A DNA stretch of 64,000 nt from Ferruginibacter sp. (GTDB lineage Bacteria; Bacteroidota; Bacteroidia; Chitinophagales; Chitinophagaceae). Under the pieces are notes generated by a model. The model was not told the origin of the DNA and did not search any database. It saw only the letters and a program-made list of their open reading frames with translations. A program made the translations under genes and the position numbers. Positions 48,944 to 58,614 of the stretch are shown here, piece by piece (within the stretch, counting starts at the first letter, position 1; each line of letters starts with the position of its first letter). Location: contig JBKJPN010000204.1 in assembly GCA_046595125.1 (NCBI GenBank), positions 595 through 64,594 on the forward strand, written 5' to 3'.

Positions 48944-50062
48944 TTAATTATTGTATGCCTTTTGAATGGATTGCATCAACATTTCGACTGCTTTGGCGCT
49001 GTTATGCTTTTTAATTTGCGTTTTACCTGATTCCACAAGCGCTTTGGCTATTTCTTCATCTTTATAAACCCGCATCATATTTTCGGCAATGCTGTTTATA
49101 TCAGCGGGGTTACAGTATAACGCTGCTTTTTCGCAAATGGAGGGTAGGGCTCCAGTATTTGAACAGATGACGGGAATTTGACTTTGCATGGCTTGCAGGG
49201 GAGCAATAGCCAAATCAGTATAAATAACAGGATAAACTACGGCGTATGCCGCTGCGGTTATTTTTGAAAGCTCAATGGGCGATAAATTTTCCAGCAGTTT
49301 TACGTCGTTCCGCAGCTTATAAGTTTTAAGGTCTTTTTTAAATTGATCATTTGCACTACCGGCAAAGACTAACACCATATTTGACTTCAATCGCTTTTTA
49401 AAAAAAGAAAAAGCCTTTAGTAGATTTAAATAATTGCTGCGGTCATCTATACTTCCGCTGAATAAAAAATAGGCTTTCTCATCAGTGTATTTTTCTTTGA
49501 TGCTTTCTTTTTCTTCCCAATCAATGGGTTTAAAAATTTCATCAACGCCAAAATGAATTAAATCTATTTTTTCATTGTTTATTTTATACTGATTGGTTAG
49601 TATGTTATGGCTGTAATCGGAAATGGCAACAAGTGCTTTCGCTTTTTCCAGAAAAAGTGGTGTAAACTTTTTGTAAAACCCTGCCAGCCATTTTTTCATC
49701 GTTGGCGGTTGCTCCAAAAACCCCCAATCGATTGTTACCATACACTGCGGTTTTTTCGTACGCATGCTGCAGATACCTTCCAGGCTTAACAAAACATCGG
49801 CCTTGTGTTGGCGTAGTACTTTGGGTAATTTAAAATTAAGCCAGTACTGCAAACGCAGACTGTTACTGGTTTGTGGCCCCGCTATAACGGGTTGTACGTT
49901 TTTGGGAAAAATCAGTTTTTCATCAAAAGCCTTGTCAAATATATAGATGAACTGATGCTGCGGATAATTCTTACTTAATTGGTTCAGGCTACTGAACAAA
50001 AAAATTTCATAATCATCCGGCTGTTGATTTTTTTGTAACCTAGTATTAACAGCAATAATCAT
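48944..50062 (-). CDS. Glycosyltransferase family 4 (GT-B)
   Basis: MIIAVNTR start, AISDYS, VYP..LAIAPLQAM, VICSN..LP. Confidence 0.82.
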   Translation of the reverse strand: MIIAVNTRLQKNQQPDDYEIFLFSSLNQLSKNYPQHQFIYIFDKAFDEKLIFPKNVQPVIAGPQTSNSLRLQYWLNFKLPKVLRQHKADVLLSLEGICSMRTKKPQCMVTIDWGFLEQPPTMKKWLAGFYKKFTPLFLEKAKALVAISDYSHNILTNQYKINNEKIDLIHFGVDEIFKPIDWEEKESIKEKYTDEKAYFLFSGSIDDRSNYLNLLKAFSFFKKRLKSNMVLVFAGSANDQFKKDLKTYKLRNDVKLLENLSPIELSKITAAAYAVVYPVIYTDLAIAPLQAMQSQIPVICSNTGALPSICEKAALYCNPADINSIAENMMRVYKDEEIAKALVESGKTQIKKHNSAKAVEMLMQSIQKAYNN

Positions 50063-50094
50063 GTAAATAAAATAAGAGAGGAAAAAACAATTCG

Positions 50095-51381
50095 CTATTT
50101 AAGCACTTTAAGCTTTACCATTTCAATTCGGGTGTCGCTTACATTTAAAATATCAATTTCAAAATTTCCAATGATGATATGCTCTTTTAGTTTTGGAATT
50201 TGCTCGTGGTGCTTTATTATGTAGCCCGATAAAGTTTCCGTGTCTTCATCTTCCGGAAAAATCAGTCCGTATTTTTCTGTAATTAAATCCAGTTCCACAC
50301 GGCCGCTAAAAATAAATTCATTGCTTGCCAGTTGCTTGTCAACAAACTCTTCGGTATCGTGTTCATCTCTTATCTCACCAAAAATCTCTTCCAGCAGGTC
50401 TTCCATGGTTACAATACCTGCCGTACCGCCAAACTCATCAATAACCCAAGCAATTGATTTTCGTTCTTTGCTGAATTTATTCATGAGGTCGGTCGCGTTC
50501 ATGCTTTCGGGCACTGTAGGAATGGGCAACAAGATTTCGCTAACAGTTGCCGGTTGTTTAAATAGGTCTAGCTGGTGAATATAACCGGTTATATTATCGA
50601 TATTTTCATCGTAAACAACCAATTTGCTCAGGTGTGTATCAATGAATTTTGCTTTTACATCTGCGATGGACGTATCTGATTTTACGCCTTCAATTTCTTT
50701 GCGTGGTATCAGACATTCCCTCAGTTTTGTTTCGCTGAGCGATAAGGCATTTTCAAATAATTCTTTGTTTAACACACTGCTGTCTTCTTCCTCATGATGT
50801 TTACTTTGTTGCATAAAATGCTCCAGGTCCACTTTGCTGAACATGTCTTTTTTATGGTCAATCTTCAGATTAATGATGTATTTCAGTATCCATTCAGAAA
50901 AACTTACCAGGTAAGCGCTGATGGACGAAAACAACCAGTAAAATAGTTGTACAATACCGCTGATTAAACCCGAACTAAGTATACTGCTATTTCTTGCCCT
51001 GAAAAATGCTTTGAAGAAAAACTCGACAATCAGTACGATGAAGGTGGCGGCTAGGGTTTCTACCAGAAGTTTGATGTAGTCAACAAAATTTTTAAAAATG
51101 GGTGGCAAAAAAGATTTTATAGCAAGCCACAGTGGCGACAGCATATCAACTACCAGCAAGCCATACACCACAAAAGCCAAGTTTATGCCTACCAGTGCCG
51201 TGCCAATAAATTTTGCAGGATGATCGGCGTAATTGCCCCAAATTCTACCACTTTTGGTTCCCTGCTTTCTGTTTAATTCAATAGAAAGTTTATTGGCCGA
51301 CGTGAAGGCGATCTCTATGCCAGCAAGAAAACCAATCAGTAACAAAGCAACAATAAGGGCGAAGAAAGCTATCCATTCCAT
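50095..51381 (-). CDS. Hemolysin family protein (CNNM-CBS-CorC_HlyC)
   Basis: GIEIAF, CBS pair, DEFGGTAGIVTMEDLLEEIFGEI.DEHD. Confidence 0.9.
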   Translation of the reverse strand: MEWIAFFALIVALLLIGFLAGIEIAFTSANKLSIELNRKQGTKSGRIWGNYADHPAKFIGTALVGINLAFVVYGLLVVDMLSPLWLAIKSFLPPIFKNFVDYIKLLVETLAATFIVLIVEFFFKAFFRARNSSILSSGLISGIVQLFYWLFSSISAYLVSFSEWILKYIINLKIDHKKDMFSKVDLEHFMQQSKHHEEEDSSVLNKELFENALSLSETKLRECLIPRKEIEGVKSDTSIADVKAKFIDTHLSKLVVYDENIDNITGYIHQLDLFKQPATVSEILLPIPTVPESMNATDLMNKFSKERKSIAWVIDEFGGTAGIVTMEDLLEEIFGEIRDEHDTEEFVDKQLASNEFIFSGRVELDLITEKYGLIFPEDEDTETLSGYIIKHHEQIPKLKEHIIIGNFEIDILNVSDTRIEMVKLKVLK

Positions 51382-51414
51382 ATCTAAAAATAAGAAAGAG
51401 TTTTTAAACGGGTT

Positions 51415-51990
51415 TTATGCCGTAATAAAGCCGGCAACAATGGCCTCAGCTTCGGCACAGGCAGGTTCTAAAATATCGTTTGTAACAGTTTTATTAAAAT
51501 GGTCTTTAAAAGAAAGTTCGAATGATGCTTTGTTAATTCTGGCAGCCAGCGATTCGGCAGTTTCGGTGCCGCGGCTTTCCAGTCTTTTCTTCAGTTCATC
51601 AATGGAAGGCGCCTGTATAAAAATACTAAGCGAACTGTTTGGGTACTGCTGCTGCACATGAATGGCACCTTTCACGTCAATATCTAGCACCGGAATTTTA
51701 TTGTTGTTCCAGATGCGTTCCATTTCCGATTTAAGCGTGCCGTAATATTTCCCTTCGTACACCATTTCCCATTCAACAAATTCGTTGTGCTGAATTTTTG
51801 TTTGAAATGCTTCGGTACTCATAAAATGATAATCAACGCCATCTTTTTCGTTAGCTCTAGGGCTTCTGGTTGCTGCTGATACCGAAAAAGCCAGTTGCGG
51901 AAAGGTTTTCATCAGATGCCGGGTAATGGAAGTTTTACCGGCACCGGAGGGTGCAGTGATGATAATAATTTTCTGTTCTGGATTGTCCAT
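51415..51990 (-). CDS. gmk: Guanylate kinase
   Basis: APSGAGKTS, SVSAATRSPR, YYGTL, DIDVKGA. Confidence 0.95.
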   Translation of the reverse strand: MDNPEQKIIIITAPSGAGKTSITRHLMKTFPQLAFSVSAATRSPRANEKDGVDYHFMSTEAFQTKIQHNEFVEWEMVYEGKYYGTLKSEMERIWNNNKIPVLDIDVKGAIHVQQQYPNSSLSIFIQAPSIDELKKRLESRGTETAESLAARINKASFELSFKDHFNKTVTNDILEPACAEAEAIVAGFITA

Positions 51991-52020
51991 GTGCAAAGAA
52001 ACTACTTAATTTTTATTTAT

Positions 52021-52443
52021 CTAGTTTGGTTTAAAATGCAAAATTACTTTACTGTTTTCGGCACTTCCACTTAAAACCAAATCATTTTCGGTGAGGGTAT
52101 TAATGATATACCTATTAATATTATTTTTTGTTTCGGATGTGAGGATCAAAATTTTATCAGCTTCTAACAATTGATATTTGCCTTTTACGGTAACCCTGCT
52201 GCCAACGGCACATTCGTAACGCATATTGTTTTTAAAGGTCCAGCTGATAGATTGCAGCACCGTTTTAAGTTGTTCGGCATTAAGCGAATCCTGTTTCGAC
52301 TGGAATCTGGTATCGGGCGGCACAATATTATCTACCTGCACACAATCCCATTTTTTGGTGAGCAGTTGAACTGTTTTGTTTTGGCAGGAACTGATTATAA
52401 TTACAGCCAGCAAAACCAACGGAATATGTTTTAAAACCTTCAT
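52021..52443 (-). CDS. Lipocalin-like lipoprotein
   Basis: Lipobox ISSC; LTKKWD motif; beta-rich. Confidence 0.6.
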   Translation of the reverse strand: MKVLKHIPLVLLAVIIISSCQNKTVQLLTKKWDCVQVDNIVPPDTRFQSKQDSLNAEQLKTVLQSISWTFKNNMRYECAVGSRVTVKGKYQLLEADKILILTSETKNNINRYIINTLTENDLVLSGSAENSKVILHFKPN

Positions 52444-52448
52444 CAGGA

Positions 52449-53753
52449 TTAAATTCTTTTAATATCGGCACCCAATGCCAGTAACCTTGCGTCAATGTTT
52501 TGATAACCTCTGTCTATCTGCTCAATGTTTTGAATAGTGCTTTTTCCCTGCGCACTTAAAGCTGCTATCAGCAAAGCTACGCCGGCACGTATATCCGGGC
52601 TGCTCATGGTTATCCCACGCAATTGCTGTTCACGTTCCAAACCAATAACAACCGCACGATGAGGATCGCAGAGGATGATTTGGGCGCCCATGTCAATCAG
52701 TTTGTCTACAAAAAATAAACGGCTCTCAAACATTTTTTGATGAATAAGTACACTGCCCTTTGCTTGTATAGCGGTTACTAAAATAATGCTTAATAAATCG
52801 GGCGTAAAACCTGGCCATGGATGGTCGTAAACGGTAAGCACGCCACCATCCATATATTTTTGAATTTCATAAATTTCCTGTGCAGGAATATGAATATCAT
52901 CAGCTTTAAAATCCATTTGAATACCAAGCTGTTTAAATCTTTCTGGTATTATGCCTAAATGTTCAATACCTGCATTTTTGATCGTGATATCACTTTGGGT
53001 CATGGCCGCAAGGCCAATGAATGAACCCACTTCAATCATGTCGGGCAACATGCTGTGTTGGGTGCCACCCAAAGAATCTACACCGGTGATGGTAAGCATA
53101 TTGCTGCCCACACCACTAATTTTTGCACCCATGCGGTTCAGCATGCGGCAAAGCTGTTGTAAATATGGTTCGCAGGCAGCATTGTAAATAGTAGTGGTGC
53201 CGCTGGCCATAGAAGCCGCCATTAAAATATTAGCCGTGCCGGTAACACTGGGTTCGTCTAAAACAATATTAGCTCCTTTTAATCCGGTTGTATTTAAATG
53301 GAAGAATCCATCATCGGTATCATATTCAAAAGAAGCGCCCAGTTTTTCGAAACCAATAATATGTGTATCTAGCCTGCGGCGGCCAATTTTATCGCCACCG
53401 GGTTTGGGTATAAAAGCTTTTTTAAACCGGGCCAGCATAGGTCCGGCCAGCATTACGGAGCCACGCAGTTTGCCACTTTTTTTATGGTAAGCTTCGCTGT
53501 GCAAATAATCCACATCCACATCATCGGCCTTAAAAATACAGGTATCTCTGCTGACTCTATTAACCTTCACCTTCATTTCGCCCAGCAGTTCAATCAGCAG
53601 GTTTACATCAACAATATCGGGAATGTTCTTAACGGTAATTTCTTCGGCGCTTAACAAAACGGCAGAGATAATCTGCAGCGCTTCGTTTTTGGCCCCTTGT
53701 GGTGTAATCTCACCCGATAATTTTTTTCCGCCTCTAACTTCAAATGATTGCAT
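52449..53753 (-). CDS. murA: UDP-N-acetylglucosamine 1-carboxyvinyltransferase
   Basis: GAKNEAL, PGGDKIGRR (Asp variant), PWPGFTPDL, SPDIRAG, IDRGY. Confidence 0.96.
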   Translation of the reverse strand: MQSFEVRGGKKLSGEITPQGAKNEALQIISAVLLSAEEITVKNIPDIVDVNLLIELLGEMKVKVNRVSRDTCIFKADDVDVDYLHSEAYHKKSGKLRGSVMLAGPMLARFKKAFIPKPGGDKIGRRRLDTHIIGFEKLGASFEYDTDDGFFHLNTTGLKGANIVLDEPSVTGTANILMAASMASGTTTIYNAACEPYLQQLCRMLNRMGAKISGVGSNMLTITGVDSLGGTQHSMLPDMIEVGSFIGLAAMTQSDITIKNAGIEHLGIIPERFKQLGIQMDFKADDIHIPAQEIYEIQKYMDGGVLTVYDHPWPGFTPDLLSIILVTAIQAKGSVLIHQKMFESRLFFVDKLIDMGAQIILCDPHRAVVIGLEREQQLRGITMSSPDIRAGVALLIAALSAQGKSTIQNIEQIDRGYQNIDARLLALGADIKRI

Positions 53754-53809
53754 ACTTATTTTTTTTCATCAATATTTTGGCAATTGTTCTAATAATAGTA
53801 AACGTACAT

Positions 53810-53836
53810 AAAAAAAACTCCGAAAACTCCGGAGTT
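53810..53836 (-). terminator. Terminator downstream of the DUF4290 gene
   Basis: AACTCCG / CGGAGTT stem with A-run on its left (U-tail on minus strand). Confidence 0.6.
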
Positions 53837-53891
53837 CATAAATATCGTTCTTCTCCATATCCCTCCCCTTCGGGGAGGATAGGAGGGGCCG

Positions 53892-54683
53892 TTAATAGCG
53901 CTTTTTAAAATTCCGGTTGTTACTCCTGTTGTCATTGCCTCCACCACGGTTATCGTTGCCACCCCGGTTATCACGGTTGCCACCTCGGTTATCATTTCCA
54001 CCGCGGTTATTGTTGCCGCCACGGCTATCGTTGCCACCGCGGTTATCACGGCCACCACCACTACTACTGCGGGTGCCATAATTTTTACGATAGTTATTGC
54101 TGCCAGTGCGTTTGCCGTAATCATTAATTTCATCACGGTTATCGGTGCGGTGTTTTACAAACGGACGGTTGTTAAACTCAAGTTCGCCTTTTGTCATTGC
54201 AGATAATTCCGATTGAATATTATCATCATGCACCAATTCTTTATGCCAGTTGCTGTACGTAAGTTTCATATAATAAGCAACTGCATTGGCAAAGCCTTGT
54301 TTCTTTTCGGGGTTCTCTTCTTTAAGTGCCTTGTCAATCACCACTTCAATATTTTTACCCAGGTGATTAAATTTTGGATATCTTTTTGGATAAGCCAAAC
54401 GCTCGGGTTTGGCCTTTAAGGTTTCCCGTGTGGGGATGGGATAAGGGCTTTCTACATCCAGCGTAAAATCGCTGATAAGGAAAAGATGGTCCCATAATTT
54501 ATGACGGAAATCTTCTACGTTTTTTAAATGCGGATTTAAAAAACCCATCAGTTCAATAACGGCGTAGGCATTGCGCTGTCTTTCTTCTTTGTCTTCAATA
54601 GTTAGCAGGTATTCAACCATTTTCTGAATATGTCTGCCATATTCTCTCATGATTAAAAAGTTCCTGGTAGTATTGTACTCCAT
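53892..54683 (-). CDS. DUF4290 domain protein with RGG-repeat tail
   Basis: MEYNT..REYGRHIQKMV, HKLWDHL, YMK..Y..W; C-terminal (DNRGGN)n. Confidence 0.85.
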   Translation of the reverse strand: MEYNTTRNFLIMREYGRHIQKMVEYLLTIEDKEERQRNAYAVIELMGFLNPHLKNVEDFRHKLWDHLFLISDFTLDVESPYPIPTRETLKAKPERLAYPKRYPKFNHLGKNIEVVIDKALKEENPEKKQGFANAVAYYMKLTYSNWHKELVHDDNIQSELSAMTKGELEFNNRPFVKHRTDNRDEINDYGKRTGSNNYRKNYGTRSSSGGGRDNRGGNDSRGGNNNRGGNDNRGGNRDNRGGNDNRGGGNDNRSNNRNFKKRY

Positions 54684-54739
54684 GTTCTCTGTGTTAAGCA
54701 TAGGCAAAGGTAATGAAACGGTTTTGAAACTTGTGCGGC

Positions 54740-57130
54740 CTACCTGATGAGTATAAAATAACCCTTTTCCAGTTCTTCTCTTTTGCCGATAAAACGGTAC
54801 TGGCATTGATACATATAGCCGCCAGCGGGCTGATTGGTTCCTTTAAAGGTTCCATCCCAGCCGGTTGATTGATTTTTGGTTTCAAAAACTACTTGACCAT
54901 AGCGGTTGTAAATAATAAATTGATATAATAAAAGCGTTTGGCTTATGGCGGGTTTAAATATATCGTTTTTACGGTCGTTATTGGGTGTAAAAGCATTTGG
55001 TATAAAAATGGTTTGCGGACAAATTTTTATAACCACCTGGCTGGTTTTGCTGATGGGGCAATTAACCTGCCGCTCGGCGGTAATATTATACAATGTTGTT
55101 TGAGAAGGGTATGCTATTAAGCTGTTATTACGCAGCATGGTATTGACTGTTGGTTGCCAAACAATATTGGTTACATCGGCTGGCAGGGTAATAACTGCTG
55201 TATCGTATAAACAAATGGTTTGGCTGGGTATAACCGTCATGGTTGTATCTGAGAACGTTACGGTGATACTATCGGCAACAGGGTTGTTGCAACTGTCGGA
55301 TGCGGTAATGCGGTACTGCCCGGCGGTATTTACCGTAAGCTGCTGGCCGGGGCTGCTGTTTTGCCACAGGTAATTGGTAAACCCGTTATTGGCGGTAAGC
55401 AGCAAAGTTTTGCCGGGGCACAGTACGCTGTCGGTACGGTTAATTAATGGTTTTGGCAACGGTGCTACCGCTTTAACGGGTAAACTGTCTTTAACCACAC
55501 AATCCGTTAGGGCGGCATGTAAAAAACCGGTAAATGGTTTTTTAAAACTGATGGTGATGGCGCTGTCGCCTTCGGTGTTTATAATAGTAACAAGGGCGGT
55601 ATCCATAAGCCAGTCTGCATTTTTAAAGCAGCCGTTGTTACGGGTAAGGCTGTAACGAACCGGCTGGCCCACACATACATTGGCAGGGCCGGTTATTTTT
55701 AAACTATCGCAACGGCTTACAATTTTGCAAACCAATTCTTTGGTAACAATGGCAGTGTCTTCCGTATAAGGCACATCAATAGCGGTAATTAAATCGGTTT
55801 GTACTTCATCCCAAACAAAAGGTTGCCTGCTGAGTCCAAAAGGGCAGCGGCTAAGTATGCTGGTATCTTTACCCACGCAACCCAAGGTGTTTGACGGTGC
55901 AAAATTACTTATCCGGACATATTCGGTTATTGTTTTACCAGCCTGTAGGTTATGATAGATAAAATGTAGGTTTTGTTTATCATCGATATTTACAGAAGTC
56001 CTAAATATAGACGGAAAATTGGAAGGAACAATAAATTCACGACTCCGCTGTACTTCATCATTTTTATTAAAAGTTATAAAATATTTATTGTAGCGGTTTA
56101 ATGCACTCTGCGATAAAACAGTATGTTGCTGTTGGTTATTAAAATCGTAATAGAACTCTGTAGCTTCAAGCGGAATAGTATTCCTGTAATAAAAATTATG
56201 CCTAGGTTGCAGCGTCTCATTGATTCTTGTATTAAAAAGGATATTAGAGCCACCTATATTACCGAAAATATCCAATACTGCAACAGTTCCGGTAAGGGAA
56301 AGGCTGTTGTCGGGATTTAGATTCATAAAAGTTGCTGTGGCTCCCTTTATTAAAGTATCAGTAATTGTTTTGTATGCATAGCCCTCAATTACACTTCCGT
56401 CAGTATCATTTAATCTGGTGAGTGTTGTGTAGGCGTCAGTTAAAACTCCTCCCGGAAATTCAGCAACATTGGCGACGAATACAACGGAATTATTATAGAA
56501 CACCGGGGCATCAATAACGGCTCCAACTTTAGGCGACAGTATCCTAAAACCTTTGCTCCATATAATATTACCATCGAGGTTTAATTTTGTAATTACATTG
56601 TAGTAGCTATTAGTTTGTATTGAGTTAAAATTAAATATAGCATTTACATAAATGGCATTATTTGTAAGAAAAACATTTTTTATTGAACTGCGGGAAACAT
56701 ATTGATAAGATAAATGATTTTGGCTGAGTTGAATACGCTTAGCCCATTGTACATTTCCATTGCTGTTTAGTTTGCATAGAAGCAATTCACTGTTTGCCGA
56801 CGCCCCAAAATATCCTGTGCATAAAATCGACCCATCAGGAAAAGGAAAACTATTGCGGCTTGTTCCGTTAAGGCTTATTTTTTTCGACCAAACTATGCTA
56901 TCACCCCATGTTGTTTTTAATAACGCAATGCCAGTAGCAGGATTAATTGGTACAATTTCGCCTGTAAAAATATTTATTCCTGAAGTATCGGGGTTATTAA
57001 ACAACGCAGCACCGTTTGCTCCAAAAGTGTATTTTATTCTTATGCTGCTATCGGCACAAAAGGGTTGTTGACCGTAAGTTGTAACGGTTAAAAACAAAAA
57101 GGATAGTATGAGTATGGTTTTTATTTTCAT
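54740..57130 (-). CDS. T9SS type B (gliding-motility-associated C-terminal domain) large protein
   Basis: Signal peptide, propeller-like W-S/A-K repeats, C-terminal IFIPNAFTPNNDRKNDIF..YNRYGQVVF..WDG. Confidence 0.85.
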   Translation of the reverse strand: MKIKTILILSFLFLTVTTYGQQPFCADSSIRIKYTFGANGAALFNNPDTSGINIFTGEIVPINPATGIALLKTTWGDSIVWSKKISLNGTSRNSFPFPDGSILCTGYFGASANSELLLCKLNSNGNVQWAKRIQLSQNHLSYQYVSRSSIKNVFLTNNAIYVNAIFNFNSIQTNSYYNVITKLNLDGNIIWSKGFRILSPKVGAVIDAPVFYNNSVVFVANVAEFPGGVLTDAYTTLTRLNDTDGSVIEGYAYKTITDTLIKGATATFMNLNPDNSLSLTGTVAVLDIFGNIGGSNILFNTRINETLQPRHNFYYRNTIPLEATEFYYDFNNQQQHTVLSQSALNRYNKYFITFNKNDEVQRSREFIVPSNFPSIFRTSVNIDDKQNLHFIYHNLQAGKTITEYVRISNFAPSNTLGCVGKDTSILSRCPFGLSRQPFVWDEVQTDLITAIDVPYTEDTAIVTKELVCKIVSRCDSLKITGPANVCVGQPVRYSLTRNNGCFKNADWLMDTALVTIINTEGDSAITISFKKPFTGFLHAALTDCVVKDSLPVKAVAPLPKPLINRTDSVLCPGKTLLLTANNGFTNYLWQNSSPGQQLTVNTAGQYRITASDSCNNPVADSITVTFSDTTMTVIPSQTICLYDTAVITLPADVTNIVWQPTVNTMLRNNSLIAYPSQTTLYNITAERQVNCPISKTSQVVIKICPQTIFIPNAFTPNNDRKNDIFKPAISQTLLLYQFIIYNRYGQVVFETKNQSTGWDGTFKGTNQPAGGYMYQCQYRFIGKREELEKGYFILIR

Positions 57131-58317
57131 ATAAAAGTAAGAGCTACAGGCCTAAGATCTGTAGCTCTTACTGCTAGTAAATTATAAAATCCATATTTCG
57201 GTAATCCAAAGGGCAGAATTTGGCCATGTACCACCCGGGGCACCCCCGGCAGAGGATTAATTATATCGCAAACTGAGGTTTTTACATTTCTATATCTTAC
57301 CAGCCACGTGCCACTACTAGGGGTCATTTGTACTAAATTCGACACACCGGTAGAAGGATTTAATGCGGGGTCACCGGTGCCAGTGCCAGTTGGTTGGCCC
57401 CAATACACGCTGCTTGTTTGATCATCCCATAAGAAACTAGTGGAATGGTTTACAGCTCTGTACTCCACCTGATGATAATCAATAACATTTAAACCAGATG
57501 GTGGTGAGCACAAAATATAGTTACCTGCTGCCGTAGCGCAATTACTAGGCCCCGTATTTGGATTTACGTACATCTTATCTATCCTGTTACAGGGAAGGTA
57601 TGGGTCCTGGCTAAATGATGGAGCACTAACATAGCCAGAGGATGCAGTATAGCCCAACAGAGAGTAGTCATTCTCAAGGCTTATAAAGGCATCTAATGTT
57701 GTACCGCTAAGCAAATCGCTGTTAGATACGCCGGTAAATTTGTAGGTAATTTCGTAGAGCTTATTATTAAAACAGGCAGGCCCCAAATATGTTACAATAA
57801 AATTACTGGTGCCGTTTTGTGTATTTAATTCAACCGCAGGGCCACTTGTTGGTGTAAGTTTAACCTTTCCATATGAATTGGGTGTAGCTACAATACTAAA
57901 TGGTACACTCACCGTCCATTTAGCCGTTATATCGCTTTGGGTGCTGTTTTCGCACATGTAAAAGCGTTGTACATAATCCAATGTATAAATAATTGTCAAG
58001 TCCGCAGGGTTACTGGTCTGGCTGCAGTTTACACAAGGCCTGTTTAATAGAGATGAACTGTAGTCATATAATTTTACCATATTACCGGTTGCATTTTTAT
58101 AAAAAATTGCTGCTGCTGTTTTATTAACCGGATAAACAAAGCCTGCAGATATATCGCCATATTTTTGCTGAATGGCTTTTTTAACATCGGCTATAATCGT
58201 TGCCGGGTCTTTATCGGGCAAAACATCATTCGATTTTTTACAACTCTTTAATACAAATGTAAAAAGAATTATGCCAGTGAGGGCTATTATCAGTTTTAAG
58301 AAATTTATTGCTTTCAT
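57127..58317 (-). CDS. Hypothetical Cys-containing lipoprotein; probable frameshift near the 3' end (natural stop likely at 57182)
   Basis: Lipobox LKSC; alternative-frame ending GGTWPNSALWITEIWIL* stops just before the terminator. Confidence 0.7.
   Translation of the reverse strand: MKAINFLKLIIALTGIILFTFVLKSCKKSNDVLPDKDPATIIADVKKAIQQKYGDISAGFVYPVNKTAAAIFYKNATGNMVKLYDYSSSLLNRPCVNCSQTSNPADLTIIYTLDYVQRFYMCENSTQSDITAKWTVSVPFSIVATPNSYGKVKLTPTSGPAVELNTQNGTSNFIVTYLGPACFNNKLYEITYKFTGVSNSDLLSGTTLDAFISLENDYSLLGYTASSGYVSAPSFSQDPYLPCNRIDKMYVNPNTGPSNCATAAGNYILCSPPSGLNVIDYHQVEYRAVNHSTSFLWDDQTSSVYWGQPTGTGTGDPALNPSTGVSNLVQMTPSSGTWLVRYRNVKTSVCDIINPLPGVPRVVHGQILPFGLPKYGFYNLLAVRATDLRPVALTFI
57132..57172 (-). 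terminator. Intrinsic terminator inside the read-through tail of the lipoprotein ORF
   Basis: 14-bp perfect stem AGTAAGAGCTACAG / CTGTAGCTCTTACT with U-tail on minus strand. Confidence 0.75.
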
Positions 58318-58493
58318 TTTGTGTGTTTTAGTGATTATTAAATATGACTAATACACATGCTTGACTGGTTTATCTTTTGGCAGGGATTTACGTAGGCAAT
58401 AAAATGAAAGCTAAGGAGGTTGATAGTGATTTATGAGATAAGCCGAACCTTTGGTAGGAAGGAAGGGTTGCAGTTTGCAACGAGAGAAGAATC

Positions 58494-58505
58494 GGGGGGG
58501 GGGGG
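58494..58505. repeat. G12 homopolymer (C12 on minus strand) upstream of the lipoprotein gene
   Basis: 12 consecutive G, 177 bp upstream of ATG 58317. Confidence 0.9.
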
Positions 58506-58614
58506 TACCTCTCATTAGTACAAATTTTATACTAATGTAAACCTTTATAACTATAAGTGCAAAATAATATTAATTTTTTTTGAAGCCGCACATAGTAATA
58601 ATTTAATGTGCGGT

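Noticed and set aside
52449-53753. MurA with Asp in place of the fosfomycin-target Cys (PGGDKIG)
   Set aside because: This is a known, widespread variant and not novel.
53930-54065. Tandem repeats as a possible CRISPR array
   Set aside because: The units are 18-21 bp, in frame, coding and have no unique spacers; there are no cas genes.
53789-54136. 115-aa hydrophobic repetitive ORF (VITAVA..)
   Set aside because: It is an alternative-frame shadow of the RGG tandem repeat.
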